Source: an uncultured Bacilli bacterium
GTDB lineage: Bacteria; Bacillota_I; Bacilli_A; RF39; UBA660
Direction of reading: 5' to 3'
Length of the DNA stretch: 64,000 nt
Assembly: GCA_934095865.1 (NCBI GenBank)
Contig: CAKOKU010000003.1
Span: 38,593-102,592, forward strand
In this document: in pieces, positions 1 through 9,439 of the stretch
How the letters are laid out: the number at the start of each line of letters is the position of its first letter
Numbering within the stretch: the first letter of the stretch is position 1
Translations under genes and position numbers: made by a program
Notes under the pieces: model-generated
Told to the model about the DNA's origin: nothing
Database searches by the model: none
Seen by the model: the letters and a program-made list of their open reading frames with translations, nothing else

Positions 1-6
1 GATAAA

Positions 7-267
7 ATGAAAAGAAATTATGATTATTCCAAATTAAGAGGAAGAATAGTTGAAAAACTAGGATCCATCAAGAAATATGCGGAATTATTGAAATTATCTG
101 ATACGTCTATCTCAAATAAATTGAGCAATAAAACACCATTTAATCAAGACGAAATATTAAAAAGTATTGAATCAGATGTATTAGATATTGATGTAACGGA
201 AATCCCTATATATTTTTTTACACAAAAAGTTGGGGAAATCCAAACTGACGAAGAATCAGATTCATAG
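7..267 (+). CDS. Cro/antirepressor-like HTH regulator (DUF739-like)
   Basis: 86 aa. 'YSKLRGRIVEKLGSIKKYAELLKLSDTSISNKLSNKTPFNQDEI' resembles the short phage HTH regulators that open early lytic operons. First gene of the + strand train. Confidence 0.5.
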   Translation: MKRNYDYSKLRGRIVEKLGSIKKYAELLKLSDTSISNKLSNKTPFNQDEILKSIESDVLDIDVTEIPIYFFTQKVGEIQTDEESDS

Positions 268-297
268 TAAATAGCACGAAAATTCTAGGAGGTAGTT

Positions 298-426
298 ATG
301 AATAGCGAAGAAACTACTAATAAAAATCTTTTAATTGATAAGAGCGAAGATATTATTAAATTTCTAATTAAGTTATATGAAAATCAAGAAAAAATTAAAA
401 TTTCTTATCAATTACAAAAATCATAA
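298..426 (+). CDS. small hypothetical phage protein (42 aa)
   Basis: ATG at 298 preceded by AGGAGG; below the ORF-track size cutoff; no recognisable family. Confidence 0.4.
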   Translation: MNSEETTNKNLLIDKSEDIIKFLIKLYENQEKIKISYQLQKS

Positions 427-478
427 GGAGGATCATCAATGAAATTAAAAAACAAAAATAAAAATAGGAGGTATCAAA

Positions 479-745
479 GTGTTTAAGATCATAATAGGAA
501 TTATCATAGGGGCTTTAATAACTTTATTAATTGTAAGCATTCAATATTACTTAAAAACTAATCATTTAAAATTAAAATGGAAAAATTTATTTATTGCACT
601 TGGATGTTTAATCATTATTGCATATTTAATTTATAGTTTCATAGGTATGGCAATAGCACCAAAATATACAAAGTCTAACGGCAATGTATGTAAAGGTTTT
701 AAATATGGAATACAAGTATGTAGTGGTGATATAAATGCCGAATAA
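479..745 (+). CDS. small membrane protein
   Basis: GTG start after AGGAGG; two hydrophobic helices (IIIGIIIGALITLLIV, LFIALGCLIIIAYLIYSFIG). Confidence 0.4.
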   Translation: MFKIIIGIIIGALITLLIVSIQYYLKTNHLKLKWKNLFIALGCLIIIAYLIYSFIGMAIAPKYTKSNGNVCKGFKYGIQVCSGDINAE

Positions 746-860
746 AAAAAGAATTATGAAAAAAACTTTTGACCCATTTCATAATTCTATAATCGTAAAT
801 TTAATAAATAAACTTACACCTTTATTTTATCAGATTTTAAGGGGTTAGTAAACAAAGTAA

Positions 861-1691
861 ATGAATTGGAGGCGATGTCTTATTAAGAAAGTAAATAACT
901 ATTTTTCTCACGATTTTAATGCGAGAAATGATATTAAATTAAAAAAAGTAATTGCTAATTTAGGAATACAGGGCATCGGACTTTATTGGTGTATCATCGA
1001 ATGCTTATACGAGAATGACGGTTATTTGTCATTCGATGATATTGATTTACTATCTTATGAATTAAGAACGGATAAAGATTTAATATTAAATTTAATTGAA
1101 AATTTTGATTTATTTAAGAAAAATAATAAGAATAAATTTTATTCTCAAAGTGTTTTAAATAGATTAGAAGAAATAGAAAGTAAATCAAGAAAAAATCGAG
1201 AAAATGCTTTGAAACGTTGGAATAAAAACGATACAAACGAAATGCAAACGGAAAGCAATAGCAATGCGACCGCATTACAACCGCAATGCTATATAAAAGA
1301 AAAGATAATAAAAGAAAATAAAAGAAAAGATAATAATATATTATTAACTACAACAGAAGATAACAATATATATAATTATGTCGAATCTAACTTTGGACGA
1401 TCATTATCACCAATAGAATTAGAGAAAATTGGTCTGTGGTCGTCAGAATACAAAGATGAAATTTTAAAATATGCAATTCAAATAGCAGTTATGAATCGTA
1501 AAGCAACTTTTGCTTATGTAGAAGGTATTTTAAAAAACTGGAAAGCAAAAGGTTTTGAAACGTTAGATGAAATAAAAGAAAATGATCTATACGGAGTATT
1601 TGCGACTCATAAAAAAGAAAAATCTTCAGAGCCAGAAATCGATACGGAAATATTTGATTACAATTGGCTTGAAGATGATGATCATGATTAA
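861..1691 (+). CDS. phage replication initiation protein (DUF4373-like N-terminus + DnaD/DnaB_2 C-terminal domain)
   Basis: N-terminus 'YFSHDFNARNDIKLKKV...GLYWCIIECLYEN'. C-terminus 'FGRSLSPIELEKIGLW...ILKYAIQIAVMNRKATFAYVEGILKNWKAKG' is typical of the DnaD domain. Confidence 0.7.
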   Translation: MNWRRCLIKKVNNYFSHDFNARNDIKLKKVIANLGIQGIGLYWCIIECLYENDGYLSFDDIDLLSYELRTDKDLILNLIENFDLFKKNNKNKFYSQSVLNRLEEIESKSRKNRENALKRWNKNDTNEMQTESNSNATALQPQCYIKEKIIKENKRKDNNILLTTTEDNNIYNYVESNFGRSLSPIELEKIGLWSSEYKDEILKYAIQIAVMNRKATFAYVEGILKNWKAKGFETLDEIKENDLYGVFATHKKEKSSEPEIDTEIFDYNWLEDDDHD

Positions 1692-1806
1692 AATAATCAA
1701 GATGGCTATATATAATATCAAAAAATTTTAAAATGTCAAATCTTTTTTCAAAAAAACGTATTTCGTTAAAAGTTCAATGTCTAGTATTGAAAGAAAGGAA
1801 ATAATC

Positions 1807-2361
1807 ATGTTTAGAAATTTTAAAGATTGGCTAGTTTTAAAAATCGATTTGATTACAGAGGCTATCGGCATTAAATTTACTAGATATAAAGGTTTATGGG
1901 AACAACAGAACAAAGAAATTGATCTAATGAGATGTTCACATAATAAAGAGATTCAAAGATTAAAAAAACTTGTTGAATCTAAAGATTTAATGATTAATAG
2001 TAAAAATATTCAAATAGATAATTTAAAAGACGAGAAATCTAAAATAAATGAAAATTATCAGAAATATAAACAAAAAACTAAAGAACAATATCTTGATCTT
2101 ATGAATAAGTATCAGGATTCAACATTAAAAGTTCAAGACTTGATAGCAGAAAAAAGAAAGTTGTCATCAAGTAAAGGGGGATTAAATACAAAAGTAAGAT
2201 ACCAGGATAAAAGAATTAAACAACTTGAAACAGAAAATGCAAGTATTAAAAAATTAATTCAACAAGTTGTTAAAGAAAGTGGTAGAAAATTAACTCCACC
2301 AACAATCCAGGAATTACGAAATTACAATTTATACGGAAATAAGAAAGGAAAAAGAAAATGA
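1807..2361 (+). CDS. coiled-coil hypothetical protein
   Basis: In-frame ATG 1807 with an AAGGA RBS (track ORF opens at 1777); Lys/Glu/Gln-rich heptad-like sequence. Confidence 0.45.
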   Translation: MFRNFKDWLVLKIDLITEAIGIKFTRYKGLWEQQNKEIDLMRCSHNKEIQRLKKLVESKDLMINSKNIQIDNLKDEKSKINENYQKYKQKTKEQYLDLMNKYQDSTLKVQDLIAEKRKLSSSKGGLNTKVRYQDKRIKQLETENASIKKLIQQVVKESGRKLTPPTIQELRNYNLYGNKKGKRK

Positions 2362-2654
2362 GTAAATTTGAAATAACATCTATCAGAGTTCATAAACTAC
2401 CAAAATCAGAAGATAGCAACATAGTAGGTATAGCAAGCATTGTTTTAAATAATGCATTCCTAGTAAATGATATTAGGGTAATTCAGGGAAAAGAAAAATT
2501 ATTTTGTGGGATGCCGTCAAGAAGATTAGAAGATAAATCTTTTATGGATATATGCCATCCATTAAATAACGAGGTTAGAAAGTATTTAGAAAATGCAGTA
2601 TTAGCAGAATATATCAATGCAGAAGAATTAAAGGAGGATCCAAAGAATGAATAG
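2358..2654 (+). CDS. spoVG: SpoVG-family protein (phage-encoded)
   Basis: 'ITSIRVHKL...IVGIASIVLNNAFLVNDIRVIQGKEKLFCGMPSRRLEDKSFMDICHPLNNEVRKYLENAVLAEY' is colinear with bacterial SpoVG (…IRVI.G..GLFV.MPS.R…DI.HP.N…). Confidence 0.75.
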   Translation: MSKFEITSIRVHKLPKSEDSNIVGIASIVLNNAFLVNDIRVIQGKEKLFCGMPSRRLEDKSFMDICHPLNNEVRKYLENAVLAEYINAEELKEDPKNE

Positions 2655-2901
2655 TGATTTCAATAAAGAATTAATTGATACTAATGTTGATTTAGAAACA
2701 TTAAAAGAAGAAATTACTTCAAGAATAAATAAACTTGATGATCCAATGTTTAATGTATCGGTTAAAACTACCGAATTATTGCAAATAACAGTTGCAACAC
2801 AAGATAAGACAACAACGTTTGATGTATTCGATGTAACACCAGAAGCAATAGATGTTACATTAAAAAAAATAAATGAATATGTGGAGGGTATTAAAAAATG
2901 A
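2647..2901 (+). CDS. hypothetical protein
   Basis: 84-aa ORF, start overlaps upstream stop (coupled); no recognisable family. Confidence 0.4.
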   Translation: MNSDFNKELIDTNVDLETLKEEITSRINKLDDPMFNVSVKTTELLQITVATQDKTTTFDVFDVTPEAIDVTLKKINEYVEGIKK

Positions 2902-3188
2902 ATTTTTTAATCGGAATATTAGTATGTATACTTGGTTTCTTACTAGGGAAAAAAAGTGCAAATGATGAAATATTAAAATATTATCAACAGTCAGTAGAAT
3001 CGGAAATAAAAGCAGCAAGAGTAAATATGGTAATTAGATCATATAGAAATCAATTATTAAGAGAAGAAACAAAAATTCGTGCTCTATCAAAGTCAAAACA
3101 AGAAATGAATGCTCTTAATTATATCGATGTAAAAGCAAAATTAGAATTAATAAGAAAAATTGAGGAGGATGTCGCAAATGAAATGTAA
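2898..3188 (+). CDS. membrane-anchored hypothetical protein
   Basis: N-terminal TM helix 'FLIGILVCILGFLLG' followed by a coiled-coil region. Confidence 0.4.
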   Translation: MNFLIGILVCILGFLLGKKSANDEILKYYQQSVESEIKAARVNMVIRSYRNQLLREETKIRALSKSKQEMNALNYIDVKAKLELIRKIEEDVANEM

Positions 3189-3438
3189 GAAATATGATCA
3201 AGCATGGTTTGATAATAAATATATCCAATTACTAAATATGAATTGTGGAACATCAGAAAAGAAATTACAAAAATTGAATAGTTTTATGAAACTAGCAAAA
3301 GAACATAATATTAAGCCACAGGCTACTAAAGAATCAAAAGTAAAATTCGTAAGGGAAGATTATGGAATACCAAAAACAGAACGTGCAATCAGAGCGAGAA
3401 AAGCAAAACTCAAAAGAAAACAAGAAGCAAGAGTATAA
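3160..3438 (+). CDS. basic hypothetical protein
   Basis: 92-aa Lys/Arg-rich ORF in the early operon. Confidence 0.35.
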   Translation: MRRMSQMKCKKYDQAWFDNKYIQLLNMNCGTSEKKLQKLNSFMKLAKEHNIKPQATKESKVKFVREDYGIPKTERAIRARKAKLKRKQEARV

Positions 3439-3586
3439 ATTCAAAGATCAATGTGATGGATGTAATAACTTTGATTATTGCAGAGGCTATAACGGTAAAG
3501 TTCTATGTAAATCATGCATTGAAAAAGAAACACCAGAATCAAATATCACAATCAAAGGACAATTAACTATATTCGATTTAATATGA
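3362..3586 (+). CDS. Cys-rich (zinc-finger-like) small protein; start uncertain
   Basis: 'CDGCNNFDYCRGYNGKVLCKSC' gives two CxxC-type pairs. The 5' 77 nt overlap the previous ORF. Confidence 0.35.
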   Translation: MEYQKQNVQSEREKQNSKENKKQEYKFKDQCDGCNNFDYCRGYNGKVLCKSCIEKETPESNITIKGQLTIFDLI

Positions 3587-3597
3587 GGTGATGATTT

Positions 3598-3924
3598 ATG
3601 GATTTTTCCAGGAAAGGCAAAACATCTGTAACAGTTAAAATTTTAGGACTTGATGTTGTTATAGATAAACACTATATCACAATTAAAGATTCATCAAAAG
3701 TAAAAGATAAAAAATCAATGGAGTCTATCTTGAAAATAGCAAGAAACATGGCACTAAAAAAAGGCTGCCATTATAAAAGAACTAATAAAAGTTGGATTCA
3801 GGAATGGCGAGCACATAATCTGCTTTATAAATTACATTTATTTGAAACTCATACAAAAGATACTGATTTAGAAGAATGCGAGAGTAAATTTAGATTATTT
3901 TGTTATAAAATTCTTGGAAGATAG
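3598..3924 (+). CDS. hypothetical protein
   Basis: 108-aa ORF with GAGGTGA RBS. Confidence 0.4.
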   Translation: MDFSRKGKTSVTVKILGLDVVIDKHYITIKDSSKVKDKKSMESILKIARNMALKKGCHYKRTNKSWIQEWRAHNLLYKLHLFETHTKDTDLEECESKFRLFCYKILGR

Positions 3925-3934
3925 CGGAGGACTT

Positions 3935-4285
3935 ATGAATAAAAAATTAAGAAAGATTATTAATCATTATGGATTAAATAAACAATTAAAATATTTTCAA
4001 AGTGAGGTATTTGAGTTAAATGAGGCTATTATATCAGAGCGAAATAATGGCTGTTTAGAAAATGCAATTGATAGTGTATTTACAGTATTATCACCATTAA
4101 TGGGAACAAAGCATGTTAACTATAAAAAAGAGCATATAAAAGAGGAAATCGCTGATGTAATGGTTATGTTAAAACAAATTCAACTTTTCTATAATTTTTC
4201 AACAAATGAAATTCAAGACATTATGAAATCTAAAATTGAAAGACAAATAAAAAGAATCGAGGAGGGTGACAATGGCAAAGAATAA
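3935..4285 (+). CDS. MazG-like nucleotide pyrophosphohydrolase
   Basis: 'FQSEVFELNEAI' (ExxE..EA) and 'IKEEIADVMVMLKQI' (EExxD) four-helix MazG motifs. ATG 3935 follows GGAGGA. Confidence 0.6.
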   Translation: MNKKLRKIINHYGLNKQLKYFQSEVFELNEAIISERNNGCLENAIDSVFTVLSPLMGTKHVNYKKEHIKEEIADVMVMLKQIQLFYNFSTNEIQDIMKSKIERQIKRIEEGDNGKE

Positions 4286-4544
4286 ATTGGTAGATCTAAA
4301 TGATCATCTATTTGCAGAATTAGAACGTCTTGGCGATGAAGATTTAAAAGGCGATGAACTAAAAGAAGAATTGGATCGTGCTAAGGCATTATCAGATGTT
4401 AGCGAAAAAATAATAAATAATGCAAGTTTAATGCTTAAAGCAATTCATGAGCAAAATGAATATGGTACGGTTTCAAGAGATGTTCCAAAAATGTTATTAG
4501 GAGTCACTCAAAATGAGGAAGATTTGGAATCAAGAAAAAGATAA
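4272..4544 (+). CDS. hypothetical protein
   Basis: ATG 4272 after GGAGGG; acidic helical protein. Confidence 0.4.
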   Translation: MAKNKLVDLNDHLFAELERLGDEDLKGDELKEELDRAKALSDVSEKIINNASLMLKAIHEQNEYGTVSRDVPKMLLGVTQNEEDLESRKR

Positions 4545-5334
4545 TTATTTAAAAGAAATTCATAAAGGACGTTCTAATCAAGAAATAGCAGACTTAATGA
4601 ATATGAAATTTGATACTAATTTTACTAAATTATCAATAAATAGTAGAAAAAGAGTATTAAAACTCATATCGAATTATAAATATATGCCTAAATATTCGCC
4701 AGAAATAATTAATTATATAAAGAAAAATCATAAAGGAAAATCTACGATTGAATTATCTGATGAGGTAAATAAAGTATTTAATATAGATACTAATCCCGAT
4801 AGTATTCAAAACCTTAAAAGCAGGATCAAAAGAACAGAAGGATTTATATTCGAGCCAGCTAAAAACGACGGTTGTATCAAAAAGGGTAATATTCCAATGA
4901 ATAAAGGTAAAAAGTGGGATGATTACTTATCTAAAGAAAAACAAGAACGTTGTAGAAAAACAACTTATAAAAAAGGAAATAAATCGTCTAATGCAGTTGA
5001 TATTGGCGAAGAACACATGAGATATTCAGGGAGTAAGCCTGATGATTTAGGATATTTATATGTAAAAGTATGCGATGGCAAAGGCAATAAGAATTGGAAG
5101 CCTAAACAACAGATAGTATATGAACAACATTATGGTCCAATACCTCCAAAGCATAAAGTGATATTTGCTGATGGTGATAGATTTAATTTTAATCCGGATA
5201 ATTTAATTTTAGTATCTAATTCAGAGGAATTAATCATGAATAAAAGAAAATTAAGATATAAAGATAAAGAATTAACTAGGACAGGATCAATAATAGCAAA
5301 GGTTATTGATAAAACTAATAAAATCAAAAAATGA
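4513..5334 (+). CDS. HNH_3-like homing-endonuclease-family protein, apparently degenerate, with N-terminal Myb/SANT-like HTH
   Basis: 'GYLYVKV...WKPKQQIVYEQHYGPIPPKHKVIFADGDRFNFNPDNL' follows the HNH_3 layout. Both canonical His positions look substituted (KQ, IFADGD). Confidence 0.5.
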   Translation: MRKIWNQEKDNYLKEIHKGRSNQEIADLMNMKFDTNFTKLSINSRKRVLKLISNYKYMPKYSPEIINYIKKNHKGKSTIELSDEVNKVFNIDTNPDSIQNLKSRIKRTEGFIFEPAKNDGCIKKGNIPMNKGKKWDDYLSKEKQERCRKTTYKKGNKSSNAVDIGEEHMRYSGSKPDDLGYLYVKVCDGKGNKNWKPKQQIVYEQHYGPIPPKHKVIFADGDRFNFNPDNLILVSNSEELIMNKRKLRYKDKELTRTGSIIAKVIDKTNKIKK

Positions 5335-5525
5335 AAGATTACGAACAGTTATACTATGATTCTCAATATGAGATTAAAAAATTAAAACAGAGAATCCAAG
5401 AATTAGAAAACGATTTAATGCTTGTTAAAAAATCAGATAAGAAAAAATTAGATATAAAAAAAGAAATCTTAAAAGAATTTAAAAATTATAAAAGCAAAGA
5501 GGTGAGTAAAAGTGAGAAAGTATAG
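5331..5525 (+). CDS. small coiled-coil protein
   Basis: 64-aa ORF, ATGA overlap with upstream gene. Confidence 0.35.
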   Translation: MKDYEQLYYDSQYEIKKLKQRIQELENDLMLVKKSDKKKLDIKKEILKEFKNYKSKEVSKSEKV

Positions 5526-5817
5526 CGGTAGTTGGAATGCCGAGGAAATGAAAATCAATTTCAATCAAAAACAATGGCGACAAGATTTAGCAGCATTTAT
5601 TAGTAAAAAAAGATATTGGTTTCAAACAAGAGTAAGCAGATCAAGAACTATTGAAAAGAAAACTAACTATAATGACGCAGTTAAAGAATTTAGTATTTAT
5701 AATCCACATGGTGGTGAAGAAATTATTAGGTATATGAATAAAAATGAAATAGTTTATACAACCAATGAACAACTATTGTCAGAGTATTACGAAACAAAAG
5801 GATTTAAAAGAGATTAG
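5512..5817 (+). CDS. hypothetical protein
   Basis: GTG start after GAGGTGA; 101 aa. Confidence 0.35.
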   Translation: MRKYSGSWNAEEMKINFNQKQWRQDLAAFISKKRYWFQTRVSRSRTIEKKTNYNDAVKEFSIYNPHGGEEIIRYMNKNEIVYTTNEQLLSEYYETKGFKRD

Positions 5818-5825
5818 GAGGAATT

Positions 5826-6080
5826 ATGAATTCTGGTAAAGATTTAATCGAGGAATTAAAAAAACGAGGATTTACCGAGAAAATGTATTTTGAATTAGGT
5901 AATTCGTTAATAAAAGAATATAAGGGTAAAGAATATCATTATTCAATTATACTTTCCTTCAAAGGAAATGTATATTTAACAAATTATGATGAAAATAATT
6001 CAGGAACATTTTGTTTGAATTTAGATAAAGAATTTACGGATGATTTATTATTCATAGTTCCATTTGTAAATAAAGAATAA
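5826..6080 (+). CDS. hypothetical protein
   Basis: ATG after AGGAGGA; 84 aa. Confidence 0.4.
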   Translation: MNSGKDLIEELKKRGFTEKMYFELGNSLIKEYKGKEYHYSIILSFKGNVYLTNYDENNSGTFCLNLDKEFTDDLLFIVPFVNKE

Positions 6081-6108
6081 AAAGGGATTATTTTTATAGG
6101 AGGATGTT

Positions 6109-7266
6109 ATGGAAATTGTAAATAAAAATATCGAAGAAATCAAAATGTATGAAAATAATCCTAGAAATAATGACGGTGCAGTTGAGTATGTTGCTAATTC
6201 AATAAAAGAGTTTGGATTCAAAGTTCCAATAGTTTTAGATAAAAACAATATTATTGTAGCAGGGCATACTCGATATAAAGCCGCAAAATTATTAAATATA
6301 ACAGAAATACCATGTATTATTGCTGATGATTTAAGTGATGAACAAGTAAAGGCATTTAGATTAATTGATAATAAAGCCGCAGAATTAGCATCATGGGATA
6401 TTGACTTATTAAACCTTGAATTAGAAAACATCAAAGATATAGACATGGAATTATTTGATTTTCAAATAAGCAATATTTTAGATAATGTTGTCGATGATGA
6501 GTATGAGGTAGAATTACCAGAAGATCCAAAAACAAAAAACGGAAATATTTATAAATTAGGAAATCATTATTTGATGTGTGGTGATAGTACCAATGCAGAA
6601 GATGTTAAAAAATTAATGAATAATCAATTAGCAGATTTAATTGTTACCGATCCACCATACAATGTCAATTACGAGGGAAAAACTGATAATAATTTAAAAA
6701 TTATGAATGACAATATGGAAGATAATCAGTTTTATAGTTTTTTAGAATCAGCATTTATAAATCTATACGATTCAATAAAAGCAGGAGGATCCATTTATGT
6801 ATTTCATGCAGATACAGAAGGATTAAATTTTAGAAAAGCAATGATGAGTTCTGGATTCAAATTAGCAGAGTGTTTAGTATGGGTAAAGAATGCATTTGTA
6901 ATGGGACGTCAAGATTATCATTGGAAACATGAGCCAGTACTATATGGATGGAAGCCAGGAGCAAGTCATTATTTCATAAATGATAGATCACAAAGCACAG
7001 TATTAGAGTTTGATAAGCCAATAAGAAACGAAGAACATCCTACTATGAAACCTATCGATTTAATTGCTTATTTGATAAATAATTCAAGTAAAAAAGATGA
7101 AATTGTATTGGACCTTTTCGGAGGTAGTGGAACAACGATGATTGCTTGTGAGCAGACTAATAGAAAAGCCTTTATTATGGAATTAGATCCAAGATATTGC
7201 GACGTTATTGTTGATAGATGGGAAAAGTTTACTAATCAGAAAGCCGAACTAATCAACGAGGAATAG
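6109..7266 (+). CDS. ParB-like nuclease domain fused to a beta-class N6-adenine/N4-cytosine DNA methyltransferase
   Basis: N-terminus 'ENNPRNN...VAGHTRYKAAKLL' (ParB/Srx fold). Catalytic 'VTDPPYNVNY' and SAM-binding 'VLDLFGGSGTT' appear in permuted (beta) order. Confidence 0.85.
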   Translation: MEIVNKNIEEIKMYENNPRNNDGAVEYVANSIKEFGFKVPIVLDKNNIIVAGHTRYKAAKLLNITEIPCIIADDLSDEQVKAFRLIDNKAAELASWDIDLLNLELENIKDIDMELFDFQISNILDNVVDDEYEVELPEDPKTKNGNIYKLGNHYLMCGDSTNAEDVKKLMNNQLADLIVTDPPYNVNYEGKTDNNLKIMNDNMEDNQFYSFLESAFINLYDSIKAGGSIYVFHADTEGLNFRKAMMSSGFKLAECLVWVKNAFVMGRQDYHWKHEPVLYGWKPGASHYFINDRSQSTVLEFDKPIRNEEHPTMKPIDLIAYLINNSSKKDEIVLDLFGGSGTTMIACEQTNRKAFIMELDPRYCDVIVDRWEKFTNQKAELINEE

Positions 7267-7268
7267 TT

Positions 7269-7562
7269 ATGAATGATAATTTCATAAAAAAAGATACTTT
7301 CGAGAGATTATGTGCATTACAATGTGAATTAAAAGAAATTGCGGGAGCCTTTGGAGTATCAGAAGAACAGGTAAGAGTGTGGTGCAAGAATGTTTATCAT
7401 AATGATTTTGAGGAGGTATATAGAAGGTTATCTAATAAAGGCAAAATATCAATTAGAAATTTACAATTCAAATTAGCAGAAAAAAGTCCGACAATGGCTA
7501 TCTATCTAGGAAAAGTTTATTTGAATCAAGATGATAAAGTGAATCAAGAAAATAAAGATTAG
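7269..7562 (+). CDS. HTH DNA-binding protein (small-terminase-like fold)
   Basis: 'LKEIAGAFGVSEEQVRVW' HTH, and 'ISIRNLQFKLAEKSPTMAIYLGKVYLNQ' as seen in small-terminase/regulator proteins. It is not adjacent to terL. Confidence 0.4.
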   Translation: MNDNFIKKDTFERLCALQCELKEIAGAFGVSEEQVRVWCKNVYHNDFEEVYRRLSNKGKISIRNLQFKLAEKSPTMAIYLGKVYLNQDDKVNQENKD

Positions 7563-7566
7563 GAAG

Positions 7567-7770
7567 GTGAAAAAAATGAAAAATAAAAAAATATTAGAAA
7601 TTGCTACAATAATGATATGTGTCGCTATTTGTTTAGCTTTAATAATATTTTTCTGTACTTTTTTAGAAATGCTAAATGATTATAGATGCTATAATTTACC
7701 ATTAAACGAATTTTTTAAAGATAAGAGATGTGAAAGATACTGGGATATGAAAAAATGGAGTGAAAAATGA
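7567..7770 (+). CDS. small membrane protein
   Basis: TM helix 'ILEIATIMICVAICLALIIFFCTF'. Confidence 0.35.
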   Translation: MKKMKNKKILEIATIMICVAICLALIIFFCTFLEMLNDYRCYNLPLNEFFKDKRCERYWDMKKWSEK

Positions 7771-7883
7771 TTATGATTTATATTTTAATGATTTTGTTAA
7801 TTATATTAATTTTATTTATTTATAGTTGTTTAAAAATATCTAGTATATGTGAGGATATAGAAAATGAAAAAAATAGTAAATGA
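7767..7883 (+). CDS. possible 38-aa membrane peptide
   Basis: ATGA overlap with the upstream stop; 'MIMIYILMILLIILILFIYSCL'. Below the track cutoff. Confidence 0.3.
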   Translation: MIMIYILMILLIILILFIYSCLKISSICEDIENEKNSK

Positions 7884-8166
7884 TAAATTATATGATACCA
7901 ATAAAGCAACAATTATATTTGAATTTAGAAAAAAATTAAAGGGAGAAGACTGTTGGTTTAAAAAAGGATATGCCTTTTATTATTGGACTGATGCACAAGT
8001 ATACAAAACTTCCAAGGGCAATTATTTTTATCATTATAATGCTAAAGAAGAATATAACGAAATTATCGAGCCAACAACACTTGATAATGTAAAAAAACTA
8101 ATTAAAATTTTAAATCCAGATAAATATATAGAATTATTTGGTGTAAATGATATTGAGGAGGCATAA
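7864..8166 (+). CDS. hypothetical protein
   Basis: 100-aa ORF in the early/accessory block. Confidence 0.4.
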   Translation: MKKIVNDKLYDTNKATIIFEFRKKLKGEDCWFKKGYAFYYWTDAQVYKTSKGNYFYHYNAKEEYNEIIEPTTLDNVKKLIKILNPDKYIELFGVNDIEEA

Positions 8167-8378
8167 TGAAAGTAAATGATATTAAATTTGGAGATATAGT
8201 TATATATAGAAATGGTAAAGTAAATAATGTTAATAATCCATATAGATATAATAAATATTTTAATGATAATTTTGAAAATGTATCAAAAGGTACTGATTTT
8301 GATATTATGAGAATTCAAAGATATATAAAAATATTTGGATTTTATAAATTGAAAACAATTTATAGGAGGTACAAATGA
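8166..8378 (+). CDS. hypothetical protein
   Basis: 70-aa ORF, TAATG overlap with upstream gene. Confidence 0.4.
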   Translation: MKVNDIKFGDIVIYRNGKVNNVNNPYRYNKYFNDNFENVSKGTDFDIMRIQRYIKIFGFYKLKTIYRRYK

Positions 8379-8521
8379 AATATTTATTATTAGTATATTT
8401 AAAAAAAGGGCATACGGAATCTTATTATTCTAATGAACTTAAAGGTTTGAAAGAATATGCAGAATTTAGAAAATTCGATAATTTTAAACTGTTTGAACTA
8501 AAAGAGGTGGAAGAATGTTAA
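8375..8521 (+). CDS. small hypothetical protein (48 aa)
   Basis: ATG 8375 after AGGAGG, ATGA overlap upstream, and overlaps the next start. Below the track cutoff. Confidence 0.45.
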   Translation: MKYLLLVYLKKGHTESYYSNELKGLKEYAEFRKFDNFKLFELKEVEEC

Positions 8522-8769
8522 GCAACGATGAAATGAAATTATTAAATGAAATGAAAGATAATTGTATTAAACAAGCGAATTATGTAGATCCAAATGCAAT
8601 GTTAAAATATAATTTATTGACAAAATTAAGTTTTATATCTCAAAAGATAGAAAATATACAAAAAATATTAGTTAATAGTAAAGAATATGCAATGGCGGTA
8701 GCAATGGAATTAAACGATAAGCAAAGTGTATTAATTGAAATTATTAACGAAATTGATAAGGAGGTATAA
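8515..8769 (+). CDS. hypothetical protein
   Basis: 84-aa ORF after GAGGTGG. Confidence 0.4.
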   Translation: MLSNDEMKLLNEMKDNCIKQANYVDPNAMLKYNLLTKLSFISQKIENIQKILVNSKEYAMAVAMELNDKQSVLIEIINEIDKEV

Positions 8770-8771
8770 AG

Positions 8772-9206
8772 ATGGATGTTGTAGACTTAAAAACAAAAGT
8801 AAAAAATAAAGAAATCAATTTTTTCTTAAATGATGGTTATATTTATTGCAAAAATAATAAAACAGAAGAAATTGCTATTGTTGGAAATTATTATTGTGTA
8901 GAAGTATCAGCAAAAGAAATAAAGATAATAGACGAGAATCATAATGTAATGCATCTTAATGAAATAAACGAAAAGCCTAATTTGATTTATATTAGCAAAA
9001 ATACGGATTTAGCATTATTAAAATCATTAGGATTTCATTTATGTAGAGATGGACATTATGTTAAAAGAGTATATTTATGTAATGAAAATGATGATAAGAA
9101 TTTTTATGACATAGATCCAAAAACACGAATATTGAAATTAACTAGATTAGATGGTGATTTAGACGATACAATAATTAAATTAGTAAAGGCGGGATTTATA
9201 AGATGA
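8772..9206 (+). CDS. hypothetical protein
   Basis: 144-aa ORF after AGGAGG. Confidence 0.4.
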   Translation: MDVVDLKTKVKNKEINFFLNDGYIYCKNNKTEEIAIVGNYYCVEVSAKEIKIIDENHNVMHLNEINEKPNLIYISKNTDLALLKSLGFHLCRDGHYVKRVYLCNENDDKNFYDIDPKTRILKLTRLDGDLDDTIIKLVKAGFIR

Positions 9207-9439
9207 AATTTACATTCGGTGATATAGTAGTTGTCGATAAAATAGAAATTGGTGTCATTGTTAAGTGTTGGATACACAATGCCGATGCCGGTAAAGAGTT
9301 TAATTATGATGTTTATGTAAGAGAATATAACGGGATTAAAAACTATAAAGAAAATGAAATCGAAAGATATATGGTAAGACATAAGTATTTATCAGAAGAA
9401 GAACAAGAGTATCAATATAATGCCATAAACGGCTTATAA
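9203..9439 (+). CDS. hypothetical protein
   Basis: 78-aa ORF, ATGA overlap; last gene before a 152-nt non-coding gap. Confidence 0.4.
   Translation: MKFTFGDIVVVDKIEIGVIVKCWIHNADAGKEFNYDVYVREYNGIKNYKENEIERYMVRHKYLSEEEQEYQYNAINGL

Noticed and set aside
3362-3438. The 77-nt overlap between ORFs 3160..3438 and 3362..3586, considered as a possible programmed frameshift.
   Set aside because: No in-phase slippery heptamer is visible in the overlap. An uncertain start for the downstream ORF is more likely.
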